A DNA stretch of 64,000 nucleotides, taken from Octopus sinensis. Lineage: Eukaryota. Where the stretch lies: NCBI RefSeq assembly GCF_006345805.1, contig NC_043000.1:162130001-162194000 (forward strand), in the 5' to 3' direction. The translations under genes and the position numbers were made by a program. Below, piece by piece: positions 1-12,100 of this stretch (its first letter is position 1; the number at the start of each line of letters is the position of its first letter). Under the pieces are notes generated by a model that saw nothing but the letters and a program-made list of their open reading frames with translations, was not told the DNA's origin and did no database searches.

Positions 1-41
<41 letters not shown>

Positions 42-90
42 GTGTGTATATATATATATATATATATATCTGTATATATATATATCTGTG

Positions 91-131
<41 letters not shown>

Positions 132-205
132 CTGTGTGTGTATATAATATATATATATATATATGTATATATATATTATATCTGCGTGTATATATATATA
201 TCTGC

Positions 206-244
<39 letters not shown>

Positions 245-378
245 CTGCGTGTATATATATATATATATATCTGCGTGTATATTATATATAATATAATATA
301 TATATATATATCTCTGTGTATATATATACCTGTGTATATATATATATATATATATATCTGTGTGTATATATATATATC

Positions 379-428
<50 letters not shown>

Positions 429-463
429 CTGTGTGTATATATATATATATATATCTGTGTGTG

Positions 464-494
<31 letters not shown>

Positions 495-599
495 CTGTGT
501 GTGTATATATATATATATATCTGGTGTATATATATATATATATATCTGTGTGTATATATATATATATATATCTGTGTGTGTATAATATATATATATATA
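1..599. repeat. Compound (TA)n microsatellite punctuated by TCTGTGTG/TCTGCGTG units
   Basis: TA runs interrupted every ~20-35 bp by CTGTGTG or CTGCGTG. The same pattern recurs at 1666-1919 and 2463-2665. Confidence 0.95.
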
Positions 600-1665
600 T
601 TGTGCTTATTGTCCTGTATCTCTCTTTTTTTTGCTTGTCTTGTTCCTTGGTTTGTGTCTATGTGTTTCGTCTCTCTATGTGTTCGACGTCTTTTTGGTGT
701 CCTGTACACATATATGCGTGTATATGTACATGTAGAGGTAGGTACGTACATATATGTTTATATATATGCATATGTTCTATTTTATTAACATATTATACGA
801 CTAAACGCACGCACCCTAATAAGTAAGATTGTTCTGTTTATCAAGTTAGCCTTGATATTAACTCTCACGCGACTCTGCATCTTTCTTTCTTTCTCTCTCT
901 CCCATTCCCTTTTTCGTCTTTTTTTCCCTCACTTAACTTGTCTCTTCCTCTCTCTCTCTCATTCTTCATTCTCTCTCTCCCTTTCACCATTCTTCATGGT
1001 CTCCTCGTACCATTCCCCTTCTTCTTTCTCTTCCTCTTGCTCCTCCTCCCCCATTCCCGTCGTCCATCTGCGACGATACTTCCGTCGTAACTGCTATCCT
1101 GTCTTTTCTCGCCCGCCTTGTAAGGCTACTGGTCGACATATTTTCTCTCTCTCGTCGTCCACGATAATCCAGCGTTTGCAATACTTTTTTCGTCTGGCGT
1201 TAACAGCCCTTCTTATCTTGTTCTCCTTGTCCTGTCTCTCACTGTTATATATTTATTTTTCCACTGTTTATATATATATTCTTTACTGTTTATATGTTTG
1301 TACTGTCGTTACCGTCTTGCTTTTTTTTTTACCCCTCTGCGAAAAGATCTCAGAATTTTAATTGATTTGCTTTTCGCGGGAAGGAAGTTTTCTTCGAAGT
1401 ATACGTCTCGCTTTTATCCTTCGAAACGTTTAGTAGATGAAACCTTAGCGACTGAAGAAGGGGATTTTTCGTTGTGCTTATTGTCCTGTATCTCTCTTTT
1501 TTTTGCTTGTCTTGTTCCTTGGTTTGTGTCTATGTGTTTCGTCTCTCTATGTGTTCGACGTCTTTTTGGTGTCCTGTACACATATATGCGTGTATATGTA
1601 CATGTAGAGGTAGGTACGTACATATATGTTTATATATATGCATATGTTCTATTTTATTAACATAT
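600..1665 (+). mobile_element. Probable Penelope-like element terminal region with partial tandem (pseudo-LTR) repeat, embedded in (TA)n
   Basis: 600-793 appears identical to 1472-1665. The segment is flanked by TA microsatellite on both sides and has hammerhead-like core motifs (GAAAC, CTGAAGA) at 1416-1465. Partial tandem ends and TA-repeat targeting are typical of PLEs. No ORF recognised. Confidence 0.5.
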
Positions 1666-1777
1666 ATATATATATATATATATCTGTGTGTGTAATATAT
1701 ATATATATATATCTGTGTGTGTATATATATATATATATATCTGTGTGTATATATATATATATATATATGTATATATC

Positions 1778-1820
<43 letters not shown>

Positions 1821-1825
1821 GTGTG

Positions 1826-1862
<37 letters not shown>

Positions 1863-1919
1863 CTGTGTGTATATATATATATATATATATATCTGTGTGT
1901 GTATATATATATATATATA

Positions 1920-2520
1920 CCTTATAATATAGCATGAAATTATACCCACCTCATTGTGGATTAACCATGGATAAATCCATCGTCTGTGAGTATGAAATGC
2001 CTCCTCATATCTCTGGAAATTTACACCTACACTATGGATGGATTAAACTTCTCTGTGAAACTAATAAGCTTTTTTAAAACCTGTGATAAGACTGTGCATC
2101 ATCATTAAAGAACTTCGGAAGTCTGTTTCCAACCTGAATCTGCTTTTAATGAAATTATCTCCAATACTTCATGAGTATAGCCTCAGCCACTAAGATGTTT
2201 GGAGAACTCATATGTGTTTTAGCTGATGAGTACGGGACACTTTTATCTGCTGCAATTTTTGCAACTTGTAATAAAGCCTGTCTTTGTATGAAACAATTGT
2301 ACTAAAAACTAATCCATTCTTGTTGCTTCTTTTCTCGTTTATAATCACCCCACACTACTGTATTGGTTAACACCATATAGTTTTCTGGTGCATCTAAGTT
2401 AAGTACCATATTCAAGTGAATTCATTAGAATTGACTTGAATCTTAATTGCTTTTATTGAATTATATATATATATATCTGTGTGTATATATATATATATTA
2501 TATATATATATGTATATATC

Positions 2521-2557
<37 letters not shown>

Positions 2558-2562
2558 GTGTG

Positions 2563-2599
<37 letters not shown>

Positions 2600-3208
2600 C
2601 TGTGTGTATATATATATATATTATATATATATATATATCTGTGTGTGTATATATATATATATATACCTTATAATATAGCATGAAATTATACCCACCTCAT
2701 TGTGGATTAACCATGGATAAATCCATCGTCTGTGAGTATGAAATGCCTCCTCATATCTCTGGAAATTTACACCTACACTATGGATGGATTAAACTTCTCT
2801 GTGAAACTAATAAGCTTTTTTAAAACCTGTGATAAGACTGTGCATCATCATTAAAGAACTTCGGAAGTCTGTTTCCAACCTGAATCTGCTTTTAATGAAA
2901 TTATCTCCAATACTTCATGAGTATAGCCTCAGCCACTAAGATGTTTGGAGAACTCATATGTGTTTTAGCTGATGAGTACGGGACACTTTTATCTGCTGCA
3001 ATTTTTGCAACTTGTAATAAAGCCTGTCTTTGTATGAAACAATTGTACTAAAAACTAATCCATTCTTGTTGCTTCTTTTCTCGTTTATAATCACCCCACA
3101 CTACTGTATTGGTTAACACCATATAGTTTTCTGGTGCATCTAAGTTAAGTACCATATTCAAGTGAATTCATTAGAATTGACTTGAATCTTAATTGCTTTT
3201 ATTGAATT
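1920..3208. repeat. Tandem duplication, period 746 bp (1920-2462 = 2666-3208)
   Basis: Two apparently identical ~543-bp unique blocks, each preceded by a similar compound TA array. Confidence 0.9.
1950..2410 (-). pseudogene. Highly degraded Tc1-like transposase remnant (second copy at ~2696-3156)
   Basis: Minus-strand fragments in mixed frames resemble Tc1 motifs: TRKEATRMD*FLVQL (cf. GRPRATT..EDR.LVR), TEKFNPSIV (cf. GERF.P.CI), [12 protein letters not shown] (cf. VWGGISY.G.TDL). Many stops and frameshifts. Confidence 0.35.
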
Positions 3209-4214
3209 ATATATATATATGTATATATATATACATGTATGTATATATGTATATATATGTATGTATATATGTATATATATGTATGTATATATGTATATAT
3301 ATATATATATATAATATGATATATCCTCACATACATACAGATACACACGCACAAACGCTTATGCACACACACACACACAGAAGTATATAAAAGTTTCCTA
3401 CACAGCAATTGAATTAGTCAATAAGGAGTTGCGGCATGCTGGTACTTTTTATTTTTTGTATAGAGTACTCTTCCCCAGTCTCAGCTGTTGTGAAGTTATT
3501 GAATTAACAATATCAGGGAAGTTGGTTGGTGATAGACGAGGATGGCCTCCGATGGTAGAGAACGAAGGAGGGGACAAAAAAAAAAGAGTGATAGGTTGAG
3601 AAAGAAGACAGGAAAAGAACGAGAACAGGAAAGAGAAAGGATGAGAGAGTTAAAAGTATTGTAGAACAGAGTAAATTTAAATTTTAAAATTATATGTATG
3701 TATATATATATATATATATAGCTGGAGAAAAAGAGAGAACATTTTGGATAATGTGTGTGTGTGTGGCAAAGGCAGCCAGAATTTTTTTTTAATTGAATAA
3801 GATAATTATCAAGTGATATCAAATAAAATTAAATATGTAAAGTGACTCAAAACTTTAAACGATTTAAAATGGCATCGTTGAAATCCCTGACTACAACACG
3901 TCACTTGGCACCCTTGATAATCACACGCACACACGCAGAAGCACGCTACGTAGATGTCTGCTGGAACATGCAAACTAACGACTCACAAATATACACACAT
4001 CACATACCATTCATCATTTTGGCAAATGACAATTTCCTGACATTTTATTTTGCTTCAACATATTTCATGGGAGCCAAATTCCTTAAAGTAATAATCGAAA
4101 ATTATCATCATCATCATCATTATTATTATTTTACAAAAGAGAATAACTTCAAATCAATCCTAGTGAGCTACTCAAGATAAATTACAAATACATACAAACG
4201 CATGCATATTCATG

Positions 4215-4257
<43 letters not shown>

Positions 4258-5475
4258 GCACGCATACGCTCCACCACAGGCTTTCTCGGAATCGTTGAGG
4301 AATGCGTTTAAATACTGTAAGGTAATTAGTTCGACGCTTTCCCGTTTCGAACATCACAACTGCAATTCGAATACAAATGATGCAGAAAAATGAAAATTAT
4401 TTTGATCATATTCTGCTCATGAAATTTTCATTTTTGACTACAAAATTTCAATATTTTCCTTTTTATCTAATAATTTTCAAATATTTTAACAATTTAAAAA
4501 AAAAAAAAATTATGTGAAAGATTATAATTTAATGTATCTTTAAACCAATTACACAGTATTCCCCTTATAAGTTAATTATACAATAAACACAGAGGAACCT
4601 TCATTTTATAATAATAATAGTATTGTGATTATCAGTGAAAGGCGGTGAGTGGCAGACACGGACGTCATGTAAAATGGTGGTGAGCTATTTTATTACCTCC
4701 ATTTACGCTGAGTTCAAATCCAGTTAGGATAGTCACTGCCTTCTATCCACCCGGAGTTATCATAGCTTGTAATATACGGACCGTACATACACACATGTCC
4801 CTTAGAAATCTGTGACCTTTAGAAATCAATTGATCACCTCGAACATTTCTCAAAGACAGTAACATTTATGTGTTCATGATTTAGTGATGTAGCTACAACT
4901 GGTGTTGCCTGGAGTAGTCCCTGTGTGATACGCATCACCATCACGAAAAAAAAAACCCTTAAAAGTGCCTCTTCCCAAAAATGCTAACAGTGAAAATATA
5001 GTTCCTTTTAGTCCTACTTGTGTTCCAATTTCATATAATTACTCCCTTCCGTATAAATTTTGCGATGCGATCCCTTATTTACAAAGAGAAGATTGCATGT
5101 ACTATTCAGACTTAGCATTAACGACAAAAAGGTGTTAAAAACTATTACTAACAACAGAGATCTTTTGCGGATTTAAGTGAAGGAAATTTATCCATCAATT
5201 TTATTTCATTCACACTAAATCGACAGGGAAACTAAACGATATTGTTTTTTGTTTTAATTGCAAGCAATGAACAATATAACCGTTTAAATGAAATACCAGA
5301 CTAAAAAAGAGAAAGATGTTAAAAAAACAAACAAAAACAAACAAGTGAACAGAAACCTACGAGTTATTCTAAAATGCATTCAGGAGACCCGACACCCACA
5401 TCGAGTTTCAAAACAAATTTTGTTTTTAAATTTAGGAAATGAATAATTATGTACTCAATATATGCACACCTATGT

Positions 5476-5692
5476 GTTTATTTCTTTACTGCCCACATAG
5501 AGGGGACAAACAAGGACAGACAAAGGGATTAAGTCGATTACATTGACCCCAGTGCGAAACTGGTACTTTATTTATCGACCCCGAAAGAATAAAAGTCGAC
5601 CTCGGCGGAATTTGAACTCAGAACGTAACGACAGACGAAATACGGCTACGCATTTCGCCCGGTGTGCTAACGTTTCTGCCAGCTCGCCGCCT
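5476..5692 (-). mobile_element. tRNA-derived SINE family A (Nin/Deu-like core), full length
   Basis: Head AAGGCGGCGAGCTGGCAGAAACGTTAGC, B-box GAGTTCAAATTCC, core TTTCGGGGTCGATAAA, tail GTAAAGAAAT. 15-bp TSD TATGCACACCTATGT at 5461-5475 and 5693-5707. Confidence 0.9.
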
Positions 5693-6324
5693 TATGCACA
5701 CCTATGTATGCTAGCCTATCAATCCATATTCTGCTTGTTTTATATTGTTTATTTGCTCCATGTTTTGTACAACCGTCATAATTACTATAATTATTATCTC
5801 AATCATTAATGTTTCAAATTATAAATTAATATAATTGTTACTATTATTTAGTTACAATTAGGGCAAATTACGATAGCTTTCATCTAAACCAACAGCAATC
5901 CTTGTCTCAAAACCAGAGGGAAAGGAAATACATCCTTGAAGTAATACAACAATATTCTCCAGATAGCATCCACCATATCCTCCCCACCGCACCCAATTCC
6001 TTAACATTACATGTTTTAATTTTTTTTCTTCTATTTATAAATCTGTGAGTGCGCGCGCACAGAAATAACTGGGGCTTCAAGCAAGCGAGATGACAGCAGA
6101 AGTGTAAACTGTAGACAGACACTTCAGCTTCTTCATTCACTGCACTTAATGTCACCTTATATTTCGTGTTCCTTTTATTATCAGCGCAAAACATCATCCG
6201 TAGCAGCAGCAGCAGCTTATTGTTTTTGCTTGATTTATTTTTGTATTGTTTATTTTTGAAAAGATATCTTCGGTTATTTTGTTTTTCGCCTCATTATTAA
6301 CATTTTTCTCATAGTTTCCTTTAA

Positions 6325-6356
<32 letters not shown>

Positions 6357-6798
6357 TAATAGTAGTAGTAGTAGTAGTATTTGCAGCAGTGGAAGTTTCA
6401 ACTTGCATTGACACACAAAATCTGTTCGTTGATTGGATCAAAAGGAGGTTTCTACCGGTATCAATAATGTGTCTGTCTTGAGGTAGTTCCGTGATTTCTA
6501 CCTCTCATTCCGTATGCTCCTTCTCTTTTACTCATGTAGCGTGCATATGTACCGGGAAATAAAAAAAATTAGCACCGGTAACTTTTTTTTTTTCTTTGAG
6601 CTACCTTACACAGTTTTATAAAGTAAGTTGCTTGTATTATTGGTTAAATTCAGGTTAGACCCATTGATTTATGATGGAAGAAATTCCAGTCGTGAACGTC
6701 TATGTTTTTGTTTATTTAGGAATCCGTCTAAAGAATTCTCTGATTTTTCTGACAACTAGGTGCGAGTTGAGAGAAATTAGTCAACTATTCCTACATGG

Positions 6799-7207
6799 GG
6801 ATCTTTTCGGTTTGAACGGCAGTTTTTAACATAATTTCTAGGTAACTAAAAAATGTTAAACTTCGTATACTGGTAGAATGTGTTTATAAAACATCTTTTT
6901 CTCTTGGCTTCATTGAGAAAATTCTATAGTTTGTAAGATATTTGGTCTTTATTTTCTTGCATTTCAGCAATTTCAACCAATCAATGACCGTCTATTGAAG
7001 TGAAAACATTCTGTGACGTATGACTATGTCCCTCGTTTAAGAAACAGATTGGGTTTATTTACATTTATGAAGAAAAAAAGATACCCTTCCCCCACCCTAA
7101 CCCTAAAATAGATTGAAATGCAATAGATCGATACTAGGGTCATAATTATGGGTGACAATTTCATATGACACCGCTAGAAAAAACTGCCGTTCAAACCGAA
7201 AGGATCC
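6799..7207. mobile_element. Non-autonomous DNA transposon (MITE), ~29-bp TIRs, 9-bp TSD (Merlin- or MULE-like)
   Basis: TIRs GGATCTTTTCGGTTTGAACGGCAGTTTTT and AAAAACTGCCGTTCAAACCGAAAGGATCC. Flanks CCTACATGG and CCTAGATGG (1 mismatch). Internal CCCTAACCCTAA. Confidence 0.85.
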
Positions 7208-8389
7208 CCTAGATGGTGTAACTGTGTAGCTCGTGTTTAGGCTCTGCGGAACTGCAGTACGCCCTATTTCCATTCGATATCATCGATAACATTCAATATA
7301 ATGAGATCTTTTTTCTTTATGCTTGTACATTATTTAATCCCCAAGCTTAATGTCAGTAGCCATCTCCTTTTTATGGAAAAAAATACAAAAATCCTTGTAT
7401 AGAACTATGCGCTTCACAGTTCCAGCGACGCGGTGTTTGGCTGTTGTGCGCATGCTCACATGTTCAAGATAGGAAGCTTCACGCTAGGGAGAGAGAGCAC
7501 TGCGTGAACGACAGTGCCGACACCGGTGTTGTGTTTAAAAACGTTTATATTCTTGAATGTGATAAAGTGTAGAATTAGATTATTATCCTCCTTCCAGCTT
7601 CAGTGTTGCTGCCAGGATTTGAAAAATAGGGCACATTTCCCACTCCCTTATTTTGTGATTCAAGGGGGAATTAAACACACTACCTGGTCGTGGCTAAAAT
7701 GCGAACCGATCAAGTTTGTATATAAAGTTTGTTTCCTTTTACACAATATTAAAACAACAGCTAAAAATTTTCTGAAGCAGCACCCCCAGTAATCTTATCT
7801 ACGATCCGCCACTGCTGTGTAGAGCAGTGATTCTAAGCTTGGGGGATACGTCCTACCAGTGGCGCCAGGGAAAATTATGGTGGGATGTACGATCCAAAAT
7901 TTCTTTTTTAGTGGGAGATAGAATTACGAAACTCTTTTAGAGCAAACATACAAGACATACTCAGCAGAGCCAAACCTCTCCCTCCAGCCAGGTATATTGC
8001 GTGAAGACACTTTGCTACAGTATAGCGTTATTCTAATACCCTAGTTGGATATTTCTTTCAGTATATTATTATAAAACTAACTGGACCCGTACCGCCAAAG
8101 ATGACGGCTAATTGTAGTATTTTATATATAAATATGGATGGTAATTCAAATTAATAGACTTGCCAATGTCATCGAGTGGTTGTCTTTTGAGATGTGACAT
8201 CAATCATCATTTATTACTGAAAGAACACTGGTTCACATATACAAACATTCACATACTTCCTTTTTACTCGCAGTCACATACACACATATACTCACACAGA
8301 GTTGAAACGTTGTTTGATTTTTCTTTTCAGTGTTGAATGTTCACCATCCCACTTCCATCGCACACATACATCTATATATAAATAATTTT

Positions 8390-8720
8390 TTGTGCAATAA
8401 GATAAAAAACCAAGGTTGTGTAGATATTAGAGCATTTATAGACATAAGGTCTTACAGCTGTTTCTAGGATATTAATTAATAATATCCCTTCATCAGAGAC
8501 GGTGTGAGAGGAAAGTTAAGTGATAGTTAGTTTCGATGTGATACACAACACAAGGAATACTTCCCTGACATAATTTAGTAGCAGAGGTGTATAATGTATT
8601 CGTTTTCAATTCGAGGTTGAATTTCTCCGAGATTATAACCTTAAGTTACAGCGCCGCATTATTAGTTGCTTCTGTATAGAGCTGCATCTTTATCTTTGTT
8701 CCTCCTGCATAAAGATGTAA
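8390..8720 (-). mobile_element. Penelope-like element 3' remnant (degraded endonuclease C-terminus plus hammerhead)
   Basis: Minimal hammerhead at 8449-8500 lies downstream of a degraded minus-strand frame ending ...IISEKFNLELK (cf. PLE GIY-YIG end FI.KF.P.LN). Confidence 0.55.
8449..8500 (-). ncRNA. Minimal type I hammerhead ribozyme (PLE type)
   Basis: Minus strand reads GTCT-CTGATGA-A GGGATATTA ttaat TAATATCCT A-GAAA-CAGCTG-TA-AGAC. Stem I GTCT/AGAC, intact catalytic core, stem II hairpin, palindromic stem III, GUA cleavage triplet. Confidence 0.8.
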
Positions 8721-8769
8721 GAGAGTATGGCTTATAACATACACGCATGCGCTCACAAACATTATCGGT

Positions 8770-8895
8770 TTCAAATTTTATCAGAAGGCCAGCAGTTTCG
8801 GGCGAGTGGGACATAGATTACATCGACTCCAGTGTTCCACTTGTCCTTATTATTATATCGATAAGTATGGTCGACTTCGGCGGGATTTGAACTAC
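8770..8895 (-). mobile_element. Degraded SINE family A fragment
   Basis: GATTACATCGACTCCAGT...GTCGACTTCGGCGGGATTTGAACT matches the family A core. Confidence 0.6.
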
Positions 8896-11865
8896 ACACA
8901 CTAAATATAAGCGAAGTCACTGTATTGCAAACATCCGGGTCACTTTACCGGTTTTCTCTCGGTCCATTATATTTTCTGTAAATATTGATTTGCTATTGTT
9001 TAGACTGGGTATCAGTCTCAATGTGACCAACCAGGGTAGGTGGGAAAACCTTTGGAACATTTTACTAATAACTTCTCACCCCTTACCCCCACCTCTAAAC
9101 ACGCTAGATAATACGGTTTTATATTCTGAGGTAAAAAAAAAAATAACAGTTTTCTATTCTCCAGTTTTTGTAAAACAAAATACCAGAAATAAACAGGAAC
9201 TTTGTATGAAAATCGATTCATACAGCTTTATTCCTTCGACAACAATAAATAAATATATCCGATAAAATCTGTTGATCCAACAACTCAACCATACATACAC
9301 CATTCTTACAAGTAAACAATGACTAAAACCTTTACATAATGCGAAACAAAAGAGATTCCTCAAGAAACTCCTTTGTTTTAACGATTGTCTTCGATAATAA
9401 CATTATTCCATTCAAGGAGTAAAATAGATCAAGTCTTTATCAATTTCTTGTATGAAACTATTATACAAATATAAAAGCGACGGACAAAAAATGTATCTAT
9501 AAATACATCACGGCGTGATTTATAGATTTATTTTGTGATGAATTAAAAAATAACTACTTCATGTATATGAATGCAATCTCTTACAAACATATACACATTT
9601 GTATAAGCGTTCAGGTGTGTATGAATGTATACGAAAGTGTTCAGATGTGTATATATGAATGTGCGTGGGTTTGTACATTTGTGTGTGTGAATGTATATTG
9701 AGAACTTGATAGGGGTAAAGTAAGATGACGAAATATAGAGGGTTAAGTTGACTATAAAAAGCAAGGCGAACATTCAGGATAAACTAATACATTACACAGG
9801 GACCCAGAGACTCCCATCACAATATTTAGGGCGGCGTAACGCAAAAGATGTTGGCGGCTGTCAACTCTTGGATAGTAGTCTTTTTTAATGCCACCATGTT
9901 TCAAGCATAGCTCTTCTTTGAAGACAGTAAAGAGCAAAGGGAAAGAAGGAAGAAAGAGGAAAAAAATACACTTGCCAATGCCACCATGTAGGCAGCTTAT
10001 AAGCGCTGAGATAACCAGAAACGGTGGAGTAAGTATGGATATATAAGTTCTCAGGATTTTGAAAGGATACAGAGACATTACAGAGGTGTGCCCCGTCGGG
10101 GATGCAGAAATAACGTCATGAAGCCCAATACTATACACTTAGCAGTAAGGGAAATTTAAGAGTTTTCTACTCGGTGTCGAAATACAAAATAAAAGGGCCG
10201 TAGAGGCTGCAACAGACACAATCCTCAGAATCTTAACCAGTTGCAGATTTGGGAACAGTGAATAAGATCGCTTCGGTTTTTGTCACAGGAACCGACGAAC
10301 GAAGTCGGCAACATAATTCATCAGGGAGTTGGAGACGAAGAAGTTGTGTCTCTTCCACTGGAGCCTGGCCATTGTCTTTAGTTATTGGTGGTTAAAAAAG
10401 AAAATGAGAAAAGATGACCAGCTGGAGGGAAGACCAAAACAGAAATTTCTCAATCAGAAATGGTGAAAGATCCAGAAGGAAAATCCTACCCTACTGAGGT
10501 ACTCGACTTTACAGTGATTTGAAAGCGAAACAGTCACATGCGCAATTTGATGCATTATCTGAAGGATGACCAAGTAGTTAATATGTTTATTAGACATTAA
10601 ATACGAGGCCGACATTAACCCCACGAAAATGGCCTTATTGGTGGTCTACTATCGTTTAAGGGATGATATCTCTGAAGATGTTTAGCACACTGCGGTTCGC
10701 CGATTCAAAAGATGATAATGGACACTAAAGGATATACCAAGATCCAGATCGAGTGGGAGCTGGTGGAAGCACTGATCTCTTATGTGTGTGTGTGTGTATG
10801 TATGTATGTGTGTGTGTGCGTGTGTGTGTACGTCTATTTATATGAATTATTTCACGATACATTACACATAATGCATATGTAATGTCTTTGCTCCACCTCT
10901 GCTATCTATGCAGCTGTATTTGTGCAATTTCACAAGTCCTGTACGTCAATTTTCTAACGAGTTTTGCATACTAGTGGAAAATAATTGAAATAACAATATC
11001 AAGATATAGATATGATAATCACAATTTTTATTCACATCGTACATTCTATTATATTCATTTGAGGATATGAAGCTTTGCTCTCTGTATCATAATATATCTA
11101 GATGAGGTCTGACTGTGAATTTAATGGATAGCTGTAAGTGCGTGCGGGTAGACGCACTTGTATGCATACTTGTCTATGCCCAAGTATAAATATGTGCCTA
11201 TGGTAACGTGAGGAGTATTCAAAACGTTGGCAGAATCGTTAGAACAACGGATAAAAAGCGGCAATACTTAGTCTACGACGGTTTGCGTTCTAAGTTCGAA
11301 TCTCTCCGCCATCAACATTGATTTCAGTTCTTATGGGATCAAAAATAAATCAAGTACTATGTAAGAACTGTAGCAGACTTAATATTCCTATGAAATAACT
11401 TACGTGTGGAAGCAATTGTGATAAAAGACGTAGAATGATTTTGGAAAGGAAACTGTACAAACATTGAGGCAGAGCTCCCTAAGGGTCGAACTGTGTTGCG
11501 CGGGTTCAGGCTGTTAAGCCGTCGACAGCTTTAGTTTAACAAGTCTGATATCGTAAAGTATGAACAGCTCACAGACAGAAAATATCTACAGGCATTCCTT
11601 GCGTTACACAGGCATTACGTTCCTCAAATTGATGTCGAAACGCGGAATTCTGCAAGGCAAAACCTAATTTCTCACTGATTTACCAGGTTATACAACGCTT
11701 CCATAAAGCAAGGAATGCCTGAATTTGTTGCTTCAGTGCACTCATTGCAATAAAGAGACATAATAGGTTTATTGATGTGCCATTACTTTTTTGCCTTAAG
11801 TTAGCAGTGCTTTTTGTATGAACATCTTAATGCACGCGTGAATGCGAACGTTTAAGTCGTGCTTT

Positions 11866-12100
11866 TAACCTTGGATCAGTTCCTGAAGGAGCAGATGCAT
11901 GGACTGATGACATTCTAACCATTCATGTCTCGTCCACGTCTCTTTCTTTCTTTTTTTGTCCGTGTATATATAATTATGATCTTGCCTGTCCGTCCGGTAA
12001 TAAAAAAAGAAAAAGTAAATGTTTGAATACGATTCGAAGTCCATTCGGCTGCTATTTCTAACAGGTCAAAAGATCACACAGAGGATTTCTTCTTAGCTCG
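11866..12100 (+). repeat. Ancient dispersed repeat with core TGGCTGCTATTTCTAGCAGGTC (representative copy)
   Basis: Degraded copies also near 6640-6797, 13235-13370 (-), 18060-18200, 26690-26800, 28110-28280, 28720-28890 (-), 40680-40860 (-), 43020-43090, 48950-49160, 49590-49745 (-), 52730-52930, 53075-53270 (-). Confidence 0.6.

Noticed and set aside
852-1361. 169-aa ORF
   Set aside because: Derived from CT-rich low-complexity sequence inside a repeat; no domain recognised.
2223-2260. CTGATGAG hammerhead-like core (also at ~2969, ~11904, ~63876)
   Set aside because: No correctly placed stem II plus GAAA plus stem III.
42-3408. Many YI/IY-rich ORFs
   Set aside because: Translations of (TA)n microsatellites, which lack stop codons in some frames.
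6478-6505. TGAGGTAG (let-7 seed) in a small GAGGTAG/CTACCTC hairpin
   Set aside because: The rest does not match let-7 and the stem is only ~7 bp.
9750-10740. Purine-rich, coding-like stretch possibly from a LINE ORF1
   Set aside because: No motif convincing enough to call; needs BLASTx or Dfam.
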